From positions 256,001-320,000 of the forward strand of contig OZ241865.1 of the NCBI GenBank assembly GCA_965203275.1: a stretch of 64,000 nucleotides of DNA. Reading direction: 5' to 3'. Positions 31,489 to 42,928 of this stretch are shown in pieces. Made by a program: the position numbers and the translations under genes. The stretch comes from Bdellovibrionales bacterium (GTDB taxonomy: Bacteria > Bdellovibrionota > Bdellovibrionia > Bdellovibrionales > JAUICD01). Numbering within the stretch: position 1 is the stretch's first letter; each line of letters opens with the position of its first letter. The notes below the pieces were generated by a model. It did no database searches, was not told the DNA's origin, and was given only the letters and a program-made list of their open reading frames with translations.

Positions 31489-32557
31489 ATGACTAATTTT
31501 ATTAAATTTTTATCAATCACCCCCCCCCCCCGACACGTCGCGTCATAGCTATTTTTTAGCACGTAAATCTTTAAGACAGTTTATTTTATCATTTTATAAT
31601 CTCAAGCTGATCAAAGTATTATTTTATTTACCTTACAAAATCATAAGGTTACAAAAACAAATCATATATTTGTTTTGTGTTCCAAACAAAAAAATAATCT
31701 GCCAAGGATGTCTAATCATCTTTATATTAATTGGCTTTGTACCTAATGAAGCATTTGCACAAAGCGGTCTTATCGATCTTATCGCTACTGACAGAAACCC
31801 TGCTAGAAGGAGAGTTACAGCTACCGTTACTACTCAGACAGGCCATGAATCCGCAAGGAATGCTATTAATGGAGAGATAGCACGCCAAAGAGGACAGATA
31901 ACTGCCACGGAAAGAAGTATAGAGGCTTTAGAAAGGGAACTGATCCCTATTGCACGAGCAGTCCAAGATGAATGTCCAGGGGTTGTATATAGCTACAGAA
32001 GAGATGGCAAAGATCCTGTTTGTAGACATACACCTGATGGCGGAGAGGAATCGGAGGTAAGAATATCAGAAGAATCGCGAACCCGATACAATGAAGCAAG
32101 AAGGAGGCAAAGGGCAATAGATAGAGAACTTAGATCACGGAGAAGCGATTTGGAGACACTAAAAAGAGATATAGAAGGATTACAAAATCTAACTGTAGGT
32201 GACGTTTATCAAGATGGAGGGGTGACTAATGCAAGGGTAATTCAAGAAGCAACGATTGAAACTCTGGACTTACGACAAAAACTTTCTGAATTAGGTGACG
32301 ATCTAGAGGACATAGATACAGTTTTAGACGAAGTTGAAAGAATTTATGACCGCACAGTATTAGGGGCCTACATGCAAGATAAAATAGGTCAGTTATTAAA
32401 CTCTCAAGTTATTTGTACAGCTCGCAAAAGATGTGCCACAAGAGACCCTCAAAAAATAGACTCTGATGTTATTCAAAAAGAGCTTTTTCCAACAAGCACT
32501 CAAACTAGAAGTGATTATTATGAAAAGGTCGAGAGAAACAGAAGAGGAGCAAGATGA
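31489..32557 (+). CDS. Secreted coiled-coil protein, frameshifted at a C12 tract (candidate phase-variable gene)
   Basis: The GAGG-ATG at 31489 stops after 19 aa. The +1 frame is open from 31532 into ORF 31670-32557 (signal motif AFA-Q). Confidence 0.65.
31520..31531 (+). repeat. C12 homopolymer
   Basis: The only long G/C homopolymer seen in this AT-rich window. Confidence 0.95.
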
Positions 32558-32713
32558 ATATAATCCTTATGCTATTATAAATCTTGCATTTAATATTTGG
32601 AAAGATAAATTTGAGTTGTTCTAATAGTTGAGAAGTGCAAGAAGATTTTGTATCTAAGAGTGCTTATGACAAGACTTTAGAAAATCTATTCAATGCAAAT
32701 ATGATACTACAAA

Positions 32714-33526
32714 CTAAATAAGATTAAGCTTTGAGAGTGCAACCAAAGCACTCAATGCAATGATCAATAAAGAACCTAACTTGACAACTAACCTGAGTTC
32801 TAACTCTTTAAATCCATGTTCTATTCTATGAATAGACTCTTTTATCTTTATATTGTCTTTTTCTAATGATTTAATGTCTTTCCTCATTTCTATAATATCT
32901 TTTTTGATTTCTTGATTGCTATTTTCTAATACTTTGATGTCTTTTCTGATTTCTACAATGTCTTGTTTCGTTTCTGTGATATCTTTTTTCATTTCTACAA
33001 TGTCTTTTCTGATTTCTACAATGTCTTGTTTCGTTTCTGTGATATCTTTTTTCATTTCTACGATTTCTTTTCTGATTTCTACAATGTCTTGTTTCGTTTC
33101 TGTGATGTCTTTTTTCATTTCTACAATGTCTTTTTTGATTTCTACAATGTCTTGTTTCGTTTCTGTGATGTCTTTTTTCATTTCTACAATGTCTTTTTTA
33201 ATTTCTTGATTGCTACTTTCTAATACTTTAATGTCTTTTCTAATTTCTACGATGTCTCTTTTGATCTCTTGATTACTGTTTTCCAGTTCTTTGATGTCTC
33301 TTTTGATCTCTTGATTGCTGTTGTCTAATGCTTTGATCTCTCTTTTGATTTCTTGATTACTGTTGTCTAATAATCTGGCTTGATTTGTCATACTTAAAAT
33401 TTCTCTTTTAGTAGCCAAATCAGATTCGATGATGTCATTTAGAACACGCACTTGGGCCTTTGCCTGTTGATCAGGCACACCGGCAATTTTTAAATCTTCT
33501 ACATATTTTAGTGCATTAAATCCCAT
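32714..33526 (-). CDS. DUF1640/CCDC90-like coiled-coil protein with expanded heptad repeats and a C-terminal TM anchor
   Basis: FNALKYVEDLKIAGVPDQQAKA, LATK, (DIVEIRK-DIVEMKK-DITETKQ)n, ELRLVVKLG. Confidence 0.82.
   Translation of the reverse strand: MGFNALKYVEDLKIAGVPDQQAKAQVRVLNDIIESDLATKREILSMTNQARLLDNSNQEIKREIKALDNSNQEIKRDIKELENSNQEIKRDIVEIRKDIKVLESSNQEIKKDIVEMKKDITETKQDIVEIKKDIVEMKKDITETKQDIVEIRKEIVEMKKDITETKQDIVEIRKDIVEMKKDITETKQDIVEIRKDIKVLENSNQEIKKDIIEMRKDIKSLEKDNIKIKESIHRIEHGFKELELRLVVKLGSLLIIALSALVALSKLNLI
32940..33200 (-). repeat. Intragenic 63-bp (3 x 21 bp) tandem repeats
   Basis: ttctacaatgtcttgtttcgtttctgtgat recurs every 63 bp. Confidence 0.9.
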
Positions 33527-33764
33527 ACTTCATGTTACCACAGGATAGATATTTAGGCAAGGACTTTTTATTATTGTGTGATCATAACGCATTAGGCTTT
33601 GATTTGTAAAATAAACTTGAGAAAGAAAGGCAATCTGTCGCCTTTTTACCATGAAATATCAATAACTCCCACAGAAAAATAGACTTTTTAAAACTTCATC
33701 TTCATATCACCTCATAATAAAATGTGAATGGGGTCATAATAAATAATAGCTAGAAATATCTTTT

Positions 33765-35897
33765 TTAAGAAGATGGTGTTAAACGGCCTTGCTTAATTAA
33801 AAGCTCTCGTTCTTGTTTTTGTGGCAACCTTTCAAAATGACTTAGCTCCATAGAGAAATTAGCCCTACCCTGACTCATAGATCGTAACTGTGTAGCATAA
33901 CCAAAAAGCTCTGCAATAGGTACCTCTGCTTCAATTACCTGCAAATGCCCTTTGGTTGAAACTTGAGAGATCACCCCTCTTTTTGCATTTAGATGACCAA
34001 TCACTGCTTTTAAAAATTCGTAAGGTGTAGTTACTTCTAACTGAGCTACCGGCTCTAAAAGATAACATGAACCATTATTCAAAGCATCTTTCACAGCCAT
34101 AACCCCTGCCACCTTAAAGGCAGATAAGGGTGACTCTTGTTCACGTTCACGGAAAGTAGCATCTGTTAAGCATACCTTTGTATCAATCACTGGATAACCT
34201 GATATAATGCCATTGTCTAGTGCTTCCTTAATCCCCTCTAAAGTAGGAGCTATAAATTCTTTTGGAATAACATTTAAAGCAAGTGTATTTTCTATTATAA
34301 GTCCTTTGTTTTTTTCAAGAGGCATAGCTTCTACTTTCACATAAGCAAATTGAGCTTTCTGATCGCCTTCCTTACCTTCCAATCTACGTTCAAATTTCCC
34401 TTCACCATAAGAGACTTGAGATATTTTTTCTCGATAAGAGACCTGTGGACGGCCTGCATTGACTTGGACATGAAAGTCTGTTTTAAGTCTCTCTCTGATC
34501 ACTTCTAAATGAAGTTCTCCCATACCAGAGATCAAAGTTTGTCCTGTTTCTGTATCTTCTTTTACAACAAAAGAGGGATCCTCTTGTTTTAGTTTTTCTA
34601 AAGAAACTACAAGTTTTTTTTGATCTTCTGTTGTCTTAGGTTCAATAGCCATAGAAATCACCGGCTCTGGCAAACCAATAGATTCTAAAACAATATGTTT
34701 CCCTATACCACACAAGGTATGACCAGTCCTTGTCCACTTTAATCCAATAGCTGCTCCAATATCTCCAGCCTTTAACTCTTGGGTTTCTTCCCGGTTATCT
34801 GCATGCATCCTCACTAAACGGCCTATTTTTTCTTTTTTAGAAAGTAATGTATTTTCAACAGTCATACCTGTTTTTAAAACACCAGAATAAATACGTAAAT
34901 AAGTGAGCATGCCTGCAAAAGTATCCGTTTGTAATTTAAAAGCCAAAGCCACTAAAGAATGATCAAATCGAGTAGGACATGGGATCACTTCTTTTGCTTT
35001 ATTCCATCCATTAATAGTAGGTTTATCTAAAGGGCTAGGTAGATAGTCTAAAACCGCATCTAGTAAAGGTTGAATGCCCTTGTTTTTAAAAGCAGAGCCA
35101 CACAAAACAGGGAAGACTTTTTGTCTAAGAACTCCACTGCGAATAACTTTTTTAATGTGATGTGTTTCTAAAGGTATTTCTTTAAGATACATATCCATCA
35201 CTTCATCATCAAATTCCACAACTTGTTCTAATAGATGCTCTCTATACTTTTTAGCTAGTTCTTGATATTCTTGAGGTATCTCTTGATATTCAAAAACGGC
35301 ATCTCTATCATTGCTTTTCCAAACAATAGCTTTCATTAAAACAAAATCAATCACGCCAGAGAAGTTTTCTTCTTGACCCATTGGCCATTGCAAAATCACA
35401 GGAGTGATTTTAATTTTTTCAACAAGAGAATCCAATGCTGCTTGATAATCTACACCCACACGATCCATTTTGTTGATAAAACATATACGAGGGATATTGT
35501 ATTTGTCTGCTTGATACCAAACAGTTTCTGATTGAGGTTCTACTCCACTGACACCATCAAAAACAACAATAGCTCCATCTAAAACACGCAAAGATCGCTC
35601 TACTTCAATAGTAAAATCAACATGTCCTGGTGTATCAATAATAGAAATTCTGTGATCTTTCCAAAAACAAGTGGTCGCCGCTGCTGTAATGGTAATACCT
35701 CTTTCTTGTTCTTGTTTCATCCAATCCATAGTGGTATTACCCTGATGGACTTCACCTATTTTATGACTTTTGCCCGTGTAATACAAGATACGTTCTGTAG
35801 TGGTGGTCTTACCTGCATCAATATGGGCCATAATGCCAATATTACGAGTCCATTTCAGTTCATCAATAGTCTGAGGATATTTATACGACACAATCAC
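33765..35897 (-). CDS. fusA: Elongation factor G (stand-alone copy outside the str operon)
   Basis: [55 protein letters not shown]. Confidence 0.92.
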   Translation of the reverse strand: MIVSYKYPQTIDELKWTRNIGIMAHIDAGKTTTTERILYYTGKSHKIGEVHQGNTTMDWMKQEQERGITITAAATTCFWKDHRISIIDTPGHVDFTIEVERSLRVLDGAIVVFDGVSGVEPQSETVWYQADKYNIPRICFINKMDRVGVDYQAALDSLVEKIKITPVILQWPMGQEENFSGVIDFVLMKAIVWKSNDRDAVFEYQEIPQEYQELAKKYREHLLEQVVEFDDEVMDMYLKEIPLETHHIKKVIRSGVLRQKVFPVLCGSAFKNKGIQPLLDAVLDYLPSPLDKPTINGWNKAKEVIPCPTRFDHSLVALAFKLQTDTFAGMLTYLRIYSGVLKTGMTVENTLLSKKEKIGRLVRMHADNREETQELKAGDIGAAIGLKWTRTGHTLCGIGKHIVLESIGLPEPVISMAIEPKTTEDQKKLVVSLEKLKQEDPSFVVKEDTETGQTLISGMGELHLEVIRERLKTDFHVQVNAGRPQVSYREKISQVSYGEGKFERRLEGKEGDQKAQFAYVKVEAMPLEKNKGLIIENTLALNVIPKEFIAPTLEGIKEALDNGIISGYPVIDTKVCLTDATFREREQESPLSAFKVAGVMAVKDALNNGSCYLLEPVAQLEVTTPYEFLKAVIGHLNAKRGVISQVSTKGHLQVIEAEVPIAELFGYATQLRSMSQGRANFSMELSHFERLPQKQERELLIKQGRLTPSS

Positions 35898-35900
35898 ACC

Positions 35901-38822
35901 TCATGGATTCATAACGAACATTTGGTACAAAGTTTGGTACAAAGGAGTGATCTGACGAATATAAATCAGAATTAAAGAAGACCGAAGATCATCTAATGAC
36001 TGTTTAATATCTGCTTCATTTTCAACAATAACTTCTAATTTATAAAGCAACCTTAAAAAATCTGTGATCTCTCTTAGATTAGCTCTTTCATCCTCACCTT
36101 GCCTTGCCACATAATAAAGATTTTCTCTATCAAAAAACTTTTCTTGAAGACAATTAAAAGCATTTAAAATACTTGTTTTCAGGAGATAACCTTGAGGTCC
36201 ATTTTCTTCTGTGATCTCCATAGCCTCCTTGTAAAATTGTACCAAAGCCATGAGTGTTTGTACTTGGGTATCAAAAGACATAGTATGACCAGATCTCTTT
36301 GTTTGCACATCATAATTGTCCACAAAGCATCCTTCTTCTTTTTGTAGCTTTGTTGTAATAAAGAATTTCAAACCTAAATTGAGCTTTCTTAATTGAATAA
36401 TACCGTCACTGACTTTTTTGTAATTGTTTCTATCAATTTGAGAAATATTATCTATATTCTCTGTGTCTAGGTCTTTTACAGCGTGTATAAACTCTTCATT
36501 GGCCATCATTAACCTAGCCATATTGATTGTGTCAATATGATTTAAAATAGAATGGACCCCTTCCCTCACATCATGAATCGAAGCCATTAGAGCTTTAGGA
36601 TTTTCAGAGCCGTCTTCTGCTATAGCTTCCCAGTCCCATTGCCGTACATCCGTTGCTTGACCTGAAAGATCGTAAATATTTAATCCTTGCCTTTGTAAAT
36701 TAATCAAATTTACACCTGCAATACCCAAGTGTAAATTAAAAACAGATAGCTTAGGAAAGACCACTTCTTTTACCTGTTCTGTCACTGTGATCTGTCCCAT
36801 ACCTTCATTGTAATCATTTTGTCTATCAGGTCTAAGATATACTAACATTTTTGAAGCTCCTCGAATCATCTCTGCTTGAGCTATAGCTGTTGCAAGCATA
36901 GGTTCTTGCATTTTCTCTAAATCTACTGTAAAAGGCTTATCATGTTTTAAAGCCAATTGATCAGGGATAGCAAAGTATCCAGGTTGTATACCTTCCTCAT
37001 CCTCTTGGCCATAATAATTATAAATTTTGACATTGGTATCGCGATCCTGAGTGGAAGCTCTATTAATAGGCCTGAAAAAACTTGTAGGTAGCACTTCTCT
37101 GTATCTGTCTTCTCCTTCAGGTTTATCTAATATATAATGACCTACCATGCTTAAAGATTTGTTAAAAAGAGAAAATAAAAGTGGATAATGATTATAGTTA
37201 TCATAAAACTTTTTTTCATAATGACTAAGTCCTTTTAGTCTTTCTGCTAAAACTGACATAGCTGTTCCTAATGTAAGACCATTTGTAGTAAATGATAATT
37301 TACTGTTTGTAGGAACAAATGCAATTTGATCGCCTTTTTTTGTCATTTGTATATTTGAAAACTCTATACCCGGCAACATAGACTCTTCTTGGTATTCTTC
37401 ATTAAGTATGCGGTCAGCCACTATAGATCTTGCTTCTAAATGGATGACATCATAAATATTTTCTGGTGCAATCTGTTGTTGAAGACCAGAGATAATAGTA
37501 TCTTTTACAATCTTTGCAATTCCTAATAGATTCTCGTTGAGCCTATTGGCAAATTCTCTTAAAATTATAAGCTTTCTGACAGGTTGAGATAATAGGAGAT
37601 TTAAAATTGGTTGATCTTTTGGTAGATTTCTAAAAAGCTCAACAGCTTGATTCATCTCGTTGAGAATAGGAGGTGATATAGGTAAATCACTAAAAAGATT
37701 CTGTAAAGAAGTATTAAGATTTTCTAAAAAGCTCAAAGAGTCGGCTTCTTGTGTAGCTATATTTATATTTTGTTGTAGAATTTCAATCTCTGAAATAATG
37801 GCATTGATATTTTCAATCACAACATTATCTGAGGTTAAATAATTATCTGTAAGCATAGAGGATTGAGTTGATATTAAAAATGACTTGAAATCTTCAATGC
37901 GATTTTGAATTTGAACAAGAGCATCTTTTTGAGATTGTTGAGAATCTTTTGTCAAATAATCCATCGAAAAAGATAGAATATTTGATCTAACAATTTCATT
38001 ATTTGCTGTTAAAAGAGATGTAAAAGGAAGTGATACTTGAGGTGGTTCTTCTAATAAAAGGAGGAGATCACTATAATGCCTATCAACTTCTTCACAGCTT
38101 GTTTGATCTGCTTGTTGACATAGCATCAAGTCTTGACAGTTAATGTTAAAATTAAGGTTATTATAAAATGAATAAAGTTGTTGTTTGTTGAAGTGGCATT
38201 CTATGTAGGTGATCATAGGTTTAATTAATTCTGTTTGAAATTGATAAGCGACTCCTCCTTCTATTGGCAATTTGTGGTTATGGCCATCGTCTTGATATGT
38301 TGTGTATTCGTTAGGACTTTTTGTTTCGAGATATTGTGGTGGACCTTCTAGTAATATTGTTTCTCTACCATTGTGTTGAAGACATTCACTGTACTCCCTC
38401 ATATCTTTACTACATTCACTGATGTCTTTTATTCCAAAGGCAATTTTAACCCAGTTTGTACGATCCATATTGTAAGAGGTATAATTATCGGGATGGGCAT
38501 AAAAGGATGAAATAGTTTTATGTCCTAAATCTGATAAAATCTGTCTATCTGATAATCGTCCAAGTTCCATAAGCCCTTCAGCAAACAGAAAAATATCTGA
38601 TGTTTGATGAAGTAAAACTTCTGCATTTGTGTTAGGCCATTGGAAAAGTTTAATATCTTGTGAAAGAGGAAATGTTTTGATTTTGATATTTTCCTGTTTG
38701 ATGGATTCAACAGGCGGGATAGATTTCTCCACGGGCTGTCTTTGACAAGAAAGATTCCATGCACATAAAGTAAGTATTAAAATGTTATAATTTATTTTTA
38801 TTAATTTATTCATAATCATCAC
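35901..38822 (-). CDS. Large hypothetical lipoprotein
   Basis: 973 aa; lipobox NLSC. Confidence 0.75.
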   Translation of the reverse strand: MMIMNKLIKINYNILILTLCAWNLSCQRQPVEKSIPPVESIKQENIKIKTFPLSQDIKLFQWPNTNAEVLLHQTSDIFLFAEGLMELGRLSDRQILSDLGHKTISSFYAHPDNYTSYNMDRTNWVKIAFGIKDISECSKDMREYSECLQHNGRETILLEGPPQYLETKSPNEYTTYQDDGHNHKLPIEGGVAYQFQTELIKPMITYIECHFNKQQLYSFYNNLNFNINCQDLMLCQQADQTSCEEVDRHYSDLLLLLEEPPQVSLPFTSLLTANNEIVRSNILSFSMDYLTKDSQQSQKDALVQIQNRIEDFKSFLISTQSSMLTDNYLTSDNVVIENINAIISEIEILQQNINIATQEADSLSFLENLNTSLQNLFSDLPISPPILNEMNQAVELFRNLPKDQPILNLLLSQPVRKLIILREFANRLNENLLGIAKIVKDTIISGLQQQIAPENIYDVIHLEARSIVADRILNEEYQEESMLPGIEFSNIQMTKKGDQIAFVPTNSKLSFTTNGLTLGTAMSVLAERLKGLSHYEKKFYDNYNHYPLLFSLFNKSLSMVGHYILDKPEGEDRYREVLPTSFFRPINRASTQDRDTNVKIYNYYGQEDEEGIQPGYFAIPDQLALKHDKPFTVDLEKMQEPMLATAIAQAEMIRGASKMLVYLRPDRQNDYNEGMGQITVTEQVKEVVFPKLSVFNLHLGIAGVNLINLQRQGLNIYDLSGQATDVRQWDWEAIAEDGSENPKALMASIHDVREGVHSILNHIDTINMARLMMANEEFIHAVKDLDTENIDNISQIDRNNYKKVSDGIIQLRKLNLGLKFFITTKLQKEEGCFVDNYDVQTKRSGHTMSFDTQVQTLMALVQFYKEAMEITEENGPQGYLLKTSILNAFNCLQEKFFDRENLYYVARQGEDERANLREITDFLRLLYKLEVIVENEADIKQSLDDLRSSLILIYIRQITPLYQTLYQMFVMNP

Positions 38823-38881
38823 CTATAGTATCATACTTCATCACCGTATTTCAGTTATAATAGCCTGATTTGGCTTAAGGT

Positions 38882-40363
38882 TTAGAGGAATAAAAGCAGA
38901 CTTAACTCATGCCTGACTTCCCTACGTACATTACGTCCATAAAAAATATCTGAGTGGTTATAACTTAAGACAAAAGGCAGTGGAAAGTTCCCTTTTTGAA
39001 ACCAAGAAATAGATGACAGATGAACACCTAGTCTTCCGTTAAGCCAGTGGGCTTTTGAGTTGGTTTCTCTTTCTAACAAAGAGTAGTTATAATCCAAACG
39101 ATCGCCATTATAACGATCAGAATTTTTAAAAGAAAGAGACAAGGCCATATCAAAGCTTAAAAATGAATTGATACGAAAGTTACTAAAAGCTTCAAGTGAA
39201 AGGATATCGCCTATATTTCTAAAAAGAAATTCTTTTCTGTCTTCATCTGGTAAAATATCATCTTCGTGTGTAGGAACTCTTTGAATGGCCATATCTGGTA
39301 ACTTCCAGTTATAACTCAAAGCACCACCTAAAGTGAGACGACGAGAAGCTTGAAACTGATGGAGTGATTTAAAAAGGACACCTGTTTGAGCGAAATTGGG
39401 CAAATCCACTAAGTTATCAGGATCATCCTTAGGTCCTGTAGGTAAATTAACAGTTGTCATAAAATAAAAATTCCAAGGACTGCGGTTGAAATAATTATAA
39501 ATACTAAAAATTTGTAGGTCGCCTAACCCTTTGAAATAAATTTGATCAAAGCCTTTAAAGTTTTTGCTTTCAAGATGCTCATTGAATCTATCGATCAGGT
39601 CTGCTTGCGTTTGAGGAAGTTGATCAAGTCCATCAATAAGTTCTTGATAACTGTCAACATCAGAAGATATGATTCTTTGTTTAATATCTGAAACTGTACT
39701 CTCCCCTTCAACATTCATTGTGACACTTCCATACATCTTGACAATAGGGAGGGCTGCTCCAATAGTCCAGCGATCTGTCAATCCATAAGCAAGAGCAAAT
39801 CCCATATATGAAATTTCAGGTCCTCCTCCAAATTTAAGAGAACCTAAATTAATGTTGTCTGCTTCTCCAGGGTAAAGTTCATTAAGAGTTTCATAAAGTT
39901 CATCAAAATCTTCACTTAATTGCATTTCTCTTAAAAATTCTGCATTAAAAGTCATATCATAGCGACTCATAGATGTAAGTTTAGAAGAGTAATCAAAAAG
40001 ATGGGCTACTTCAGAAATGGTTCCAAAGATAAATCTTGGATGCCATACACCTTTTGGTAAAATTTGTTGATTTTGTGAGAGGGGTTCTTCTGCTATAAAA
40101 CTTTCAATAGGTAGATTTGTAAGAGGGTTGTTCTTTCTATCGACATTAGGATTAAGTGCCTTCTCTGGCGTGCTAATAGAAGATTCTGTTTTGGCCATAG
40201 CAAAAGATGGGACTTTTGTAGATGGAGGAGACACATTCGCATTGACATCTTGAGACGATGTCTCTTGAGATGATGTCTCTTGAGATAATATCTCTGTAGT
40301 AGCCTTCAAAGGAATGGCTATGAAAAAAAAAACAAAATAGATTATTATAATTACTGTCTTCAT
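38882..40363 (-). CDS. Putative outer-membrane beta-barrel protein
   Basis: Signal peptide, AYGLTDRW, GLGDL, LPTG, alternating beta-strand pattern, hydrophobic C-terminus. Confidence 0.6.
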   Translation of the reverse strand: MKTVIIIIYFVFFFIAIPLKATTEILSQETSSQETSSQDVNANVSPPSTKVPSFAMAKTESSISTPEKALNPNVDRKNNPLTNLPIESFIAEEPLSQNQQILPKGVWHPRFIFGTISEVAHLFDYSSKLTSMSRYDMTFNAEFLREMQLSEDFDELYETLNELYPGEADNINLGSLKFGGGPEISYMGFALAYGLTDRWTIGAALPIVKMYGSVTMNVEGESTVSDIKQRIISSDVDSYQELIDGLDQLPQTQADLIDRFNEHLESKNFKGFDQIYFKGLGDLQIFSIYNYFNRSPWNFYFMTTVNLPTGPKDDPDNLVDLPNFAQTGVLFKSLHQFQASRRLTLGGALSYNWKLPDMAIQRVPTHEDDILPDEDRKEFLFRNIGDILSLEAFSNFRINSFLSFDMALSLSFKNSDRYNGDRLDYNYSLLERETNSKAHWLNGRLGVHLSSISWFQKGNFPLPFVLSYNHSDIFYGRNVRREVRHELSLLLFL

Positions 40364-40531
40364 AAATAAGCCTTCAATTAACTTTACTTTTTAAAAATGT
40401 ATCTTTTTGATAAAAATATAACATCTATGGAGTATACAAAATTTTTGCAAAAAAGTCAAATATGTTGATTTTAAAGCTCCTATTAGACGGCATAGTAGCT
40501 ATTAGATGGCACAGCCAATCGATAAAACAGC

Positions 40532-41434
40532 TTAAGGCGTTACTTCTTCATTGATTATATCAAGTAAAAGACTAGGTCTGTCTGTCACAATGCCGTCAAC
40601 ACCAAATTCTATAAGTTTTTTCATGTTTTTTTTATCATTGACAGTCCATATAAAGACAGGTTTACCTCTGCGGTGCATTTCTTTCAAAAGTCTTTTTGAG
40701 AGAACTGGAATGCCTGTACTCACTTCAGGAATATAATAGGAATCTGCTCTGATCGGATCGATAGGTTCTAAAAACATATTCAATAAAATCAAAGATTGGT
40801 ACATTTCTGTACTTGTGGCTGCAAAAATCCAATCAGGATGTTGAGATCTGATATATTCAACCACCCGGTGAGAATAACTTGCTATAGTGATGTATTCTGA
40901 AGCATTAAATTTTATAATTATATCTATAAAAGCTTTAACAGCTTGAGTTGTAAAAGCTTTTAGTTCAATGGTCATTCTTCTTTGAGGATATCTCTCAAGT
41001 ATTTCTTCAAGGGTAGGGATTTGAAGTCCTTGCCTTCTATAAGCATATTGGCCTTGTGCATCCTGATAATGATAACCTGCATCAAGTTTTTGAAGTTCTG
41101 CTAAACTCAGATCACTGACTTTGCCTTTTCCGTCAGTAGTCCTGTCTACTGTTTCATCGTGGATCACAACAAGATGTCCATCCTTAGAAAGATGGACATC
41201 CATTTCAAGAATAATATCGTTAAAGAGCTGAGCTGCATGATCAAATGCAGGGATAGTATTTTCTGGTGCTTCAAGACCTCCTCCTCTGTGTGCGATGATT
41301 TCAAAAGGACCTCTTTGAAACTGATGACTAGGCCAAGTATGTTCTGTTTTCAGTCCCATGTATCTAGCCATCATAATTATTATGATAAAGGCTGTAATAA
41401 CAACACTCATCAGGATAAAGAATGATTTTAACAT
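40532..41434 (-). CDS. Glycerophosphodiester phosphodiesterase
   Basis: IIAHRGG, PENT, EMDV, VIHDETVDRTT, IELK, WTVN, GVDGIVTDRP. Confidence 0.93.
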   Translation of the reverse strand: MLKSFFILMSVVITAFIIIIMMARYMGLKTEHTWPSHQFQRGPFEIIAHRGGGLEAPENTIPAFDHAAQLFNDIILEMDVHLSKDGHLVVIHDETVDRTTDGKGKVSDLSLAELQKLDAGYHYQDAQGQYAYRRQGLQIPTLEEILERYPQRRMTIELKAFTTQAVKAFIDIIIKFNASEYITIASYSHRVVEYIRSQHPDWIFAATSTEMYQSLILLNMFLEPIDPIRADSYYIPEVSTGIPVLSKRLLKEMHRRGKPVFIWTVNDKKNMKKLIEFGVDGIVTDRPSLLLDIINEEVTP

Positions 41435-41686
41435 AATTTATTTCCCTTAATTTCATTAAAAATTTAAGTCATAAACATCTTAAAATACATTAAGTCTTTG
41501 GCTTTTTTCTGATGTTGACTGCAAAAGCTTACGCCTTTGATATTACCCATATAAATTTTATATTTGCAAGAATAAGATATTAAAGTTAAACAAAAAAGGA
41601 GTCTTAAAAAAATGATTAGAACAGTAAACATCTGATCTTAGACCAATGATTTTAAAATTTAAGAAAGAAGCCGACACCTTGAAAAT

Positions 41687-42706
41687 TTATTGAATGATTT
41701 GAAAATTATAATCACCTGCATACCTTGTTAAAGCACCTCTAATAAAAAATGTAATATTTCTAGGATAACTTCTCGTATTATCAATAGATCTAAAATTAAC
41801 CACAACAGGTCTTATATAACCTAAACCCAATGTGATCTTTCTTCTTCTATTTCTATCTTCTCTGCTTCTTCTTCTGTTTCTATCTCTATCGTTATCATTC
41901 GTGACGGCAGCTTCTACTAAATCACCTGTTTGAATAGGTCGACCGCCTGGTTGCGTTCCGCTTAATTCAAGTAAAGCATTTTTACCGTTTATTTGAATAA
42001 TTTGTCCTGAAGCTATTGACCTAGCTTCGGGGTGTCTAGTTGTATTACAAGAATAATTACCATAACCGCTTGCATAACCTCCACCAGGGAAAATATAAAA
42101 AGTATCTCCATCTGCTAAACCGTCATCTGAACCTAAAGGAATAATAGCTCTATTACCTCGTACCTGATGTATAGTTGTTTTAAGTGGTGCATACCAGTCC
42201 CTCATAGAATCTCGTAGTTGTTTAAAAGCATTTTTAACTGTTTCTTCTACAAGATCACCAATAGAACCTGGTTCATATTGTCTAAATCTAAAATTAGCAG
42301 GTATATTCACTTTGTCAACAGTTCCGCCTATGTTTCCCATCCAATTTGTCACTTGTCCGTTACCTACAGCTGTTTGTATAGGTGGAGAAAAATAACCTCC
42401 CTCTCTTCTGAGATTAAATGTGAGTTCTAACCGAGCCGATCTTCCTCTTAAACTACCTCCAATACGACCTATTCCAATCCTTTCTAATGCATCACCTGCT
42501 ACACTTATATCTAAACCTTGTCCACCTGTCTGAGTTTGGGAAAAAGCACCAGGAAGAGCTATAACATCCACATAGAAGTCAGCACAGCCACCACCCCCTC
42601 CATAACCATATCCAAATTGATTGTTTTTACCTCCACAACCATTTAAGCTTACAAGAGATAATACTAAAACTATTAAACTTAATAATTTATTTTGTGTTGT
42701 TTTCAT
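41687..42706 (-). CDS. Lipoprotein, CsgG/FlgT-like, paralogue of 21444-22406
   Basis: AAGGAG RBS, lipobox LNGC, AIIPLGSDDGLADGDTF, IQTGDLV. Confidence 0.68.
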   Translation of the reverse strand: MKTTQNKLLSLIVLVLSLVSLNGCGGKNNQFGYGYGGGGGCADFYVDVIALPGAFSQTQTGGQGLDISVAGDALERIGIGRIGGSLRGRSARLELTFNLRREGGYFSPPIQTAVGNGQVTNWMGNIGGTVDKVNIPANFRFRQYEPGSIGDLVEETVKNAFKQLRDSMRDWYAPLKTTIHQVRGNRAIIPLGSDDGLADGDTFYIFPGGGYASGYGNYSCNTTRHPEARSIASGQIIQINGKNALLELSGTQPGGRPIQTGDLVEAAVTNDNDRDRNRRRSREDRNRRRKITLGLGYIRPVVVNFRSIDNTRSYPRNITFFIRGALTRYAGDYNFQIIQ

Positions 42707-42928
42707 TTTAAGCTCCTTGTTGTTGCTCTCCTCAATGAAGTGCTTATTCAAGAATTATTCAATTGTTTTAAAAATCTATGTCTTAAAGTATTTTCGGAAT
42801 AGTTACCTAGAGCTTAAAGATGAAATGATTAAATTTTATGAAAATATACAAATAATAAACTAAAGTAAGGAATGACTTTAGCATAAAAGTCTAAGAAACA
42901 CTGAACTTTTGATGAGTTTATTGATAAA

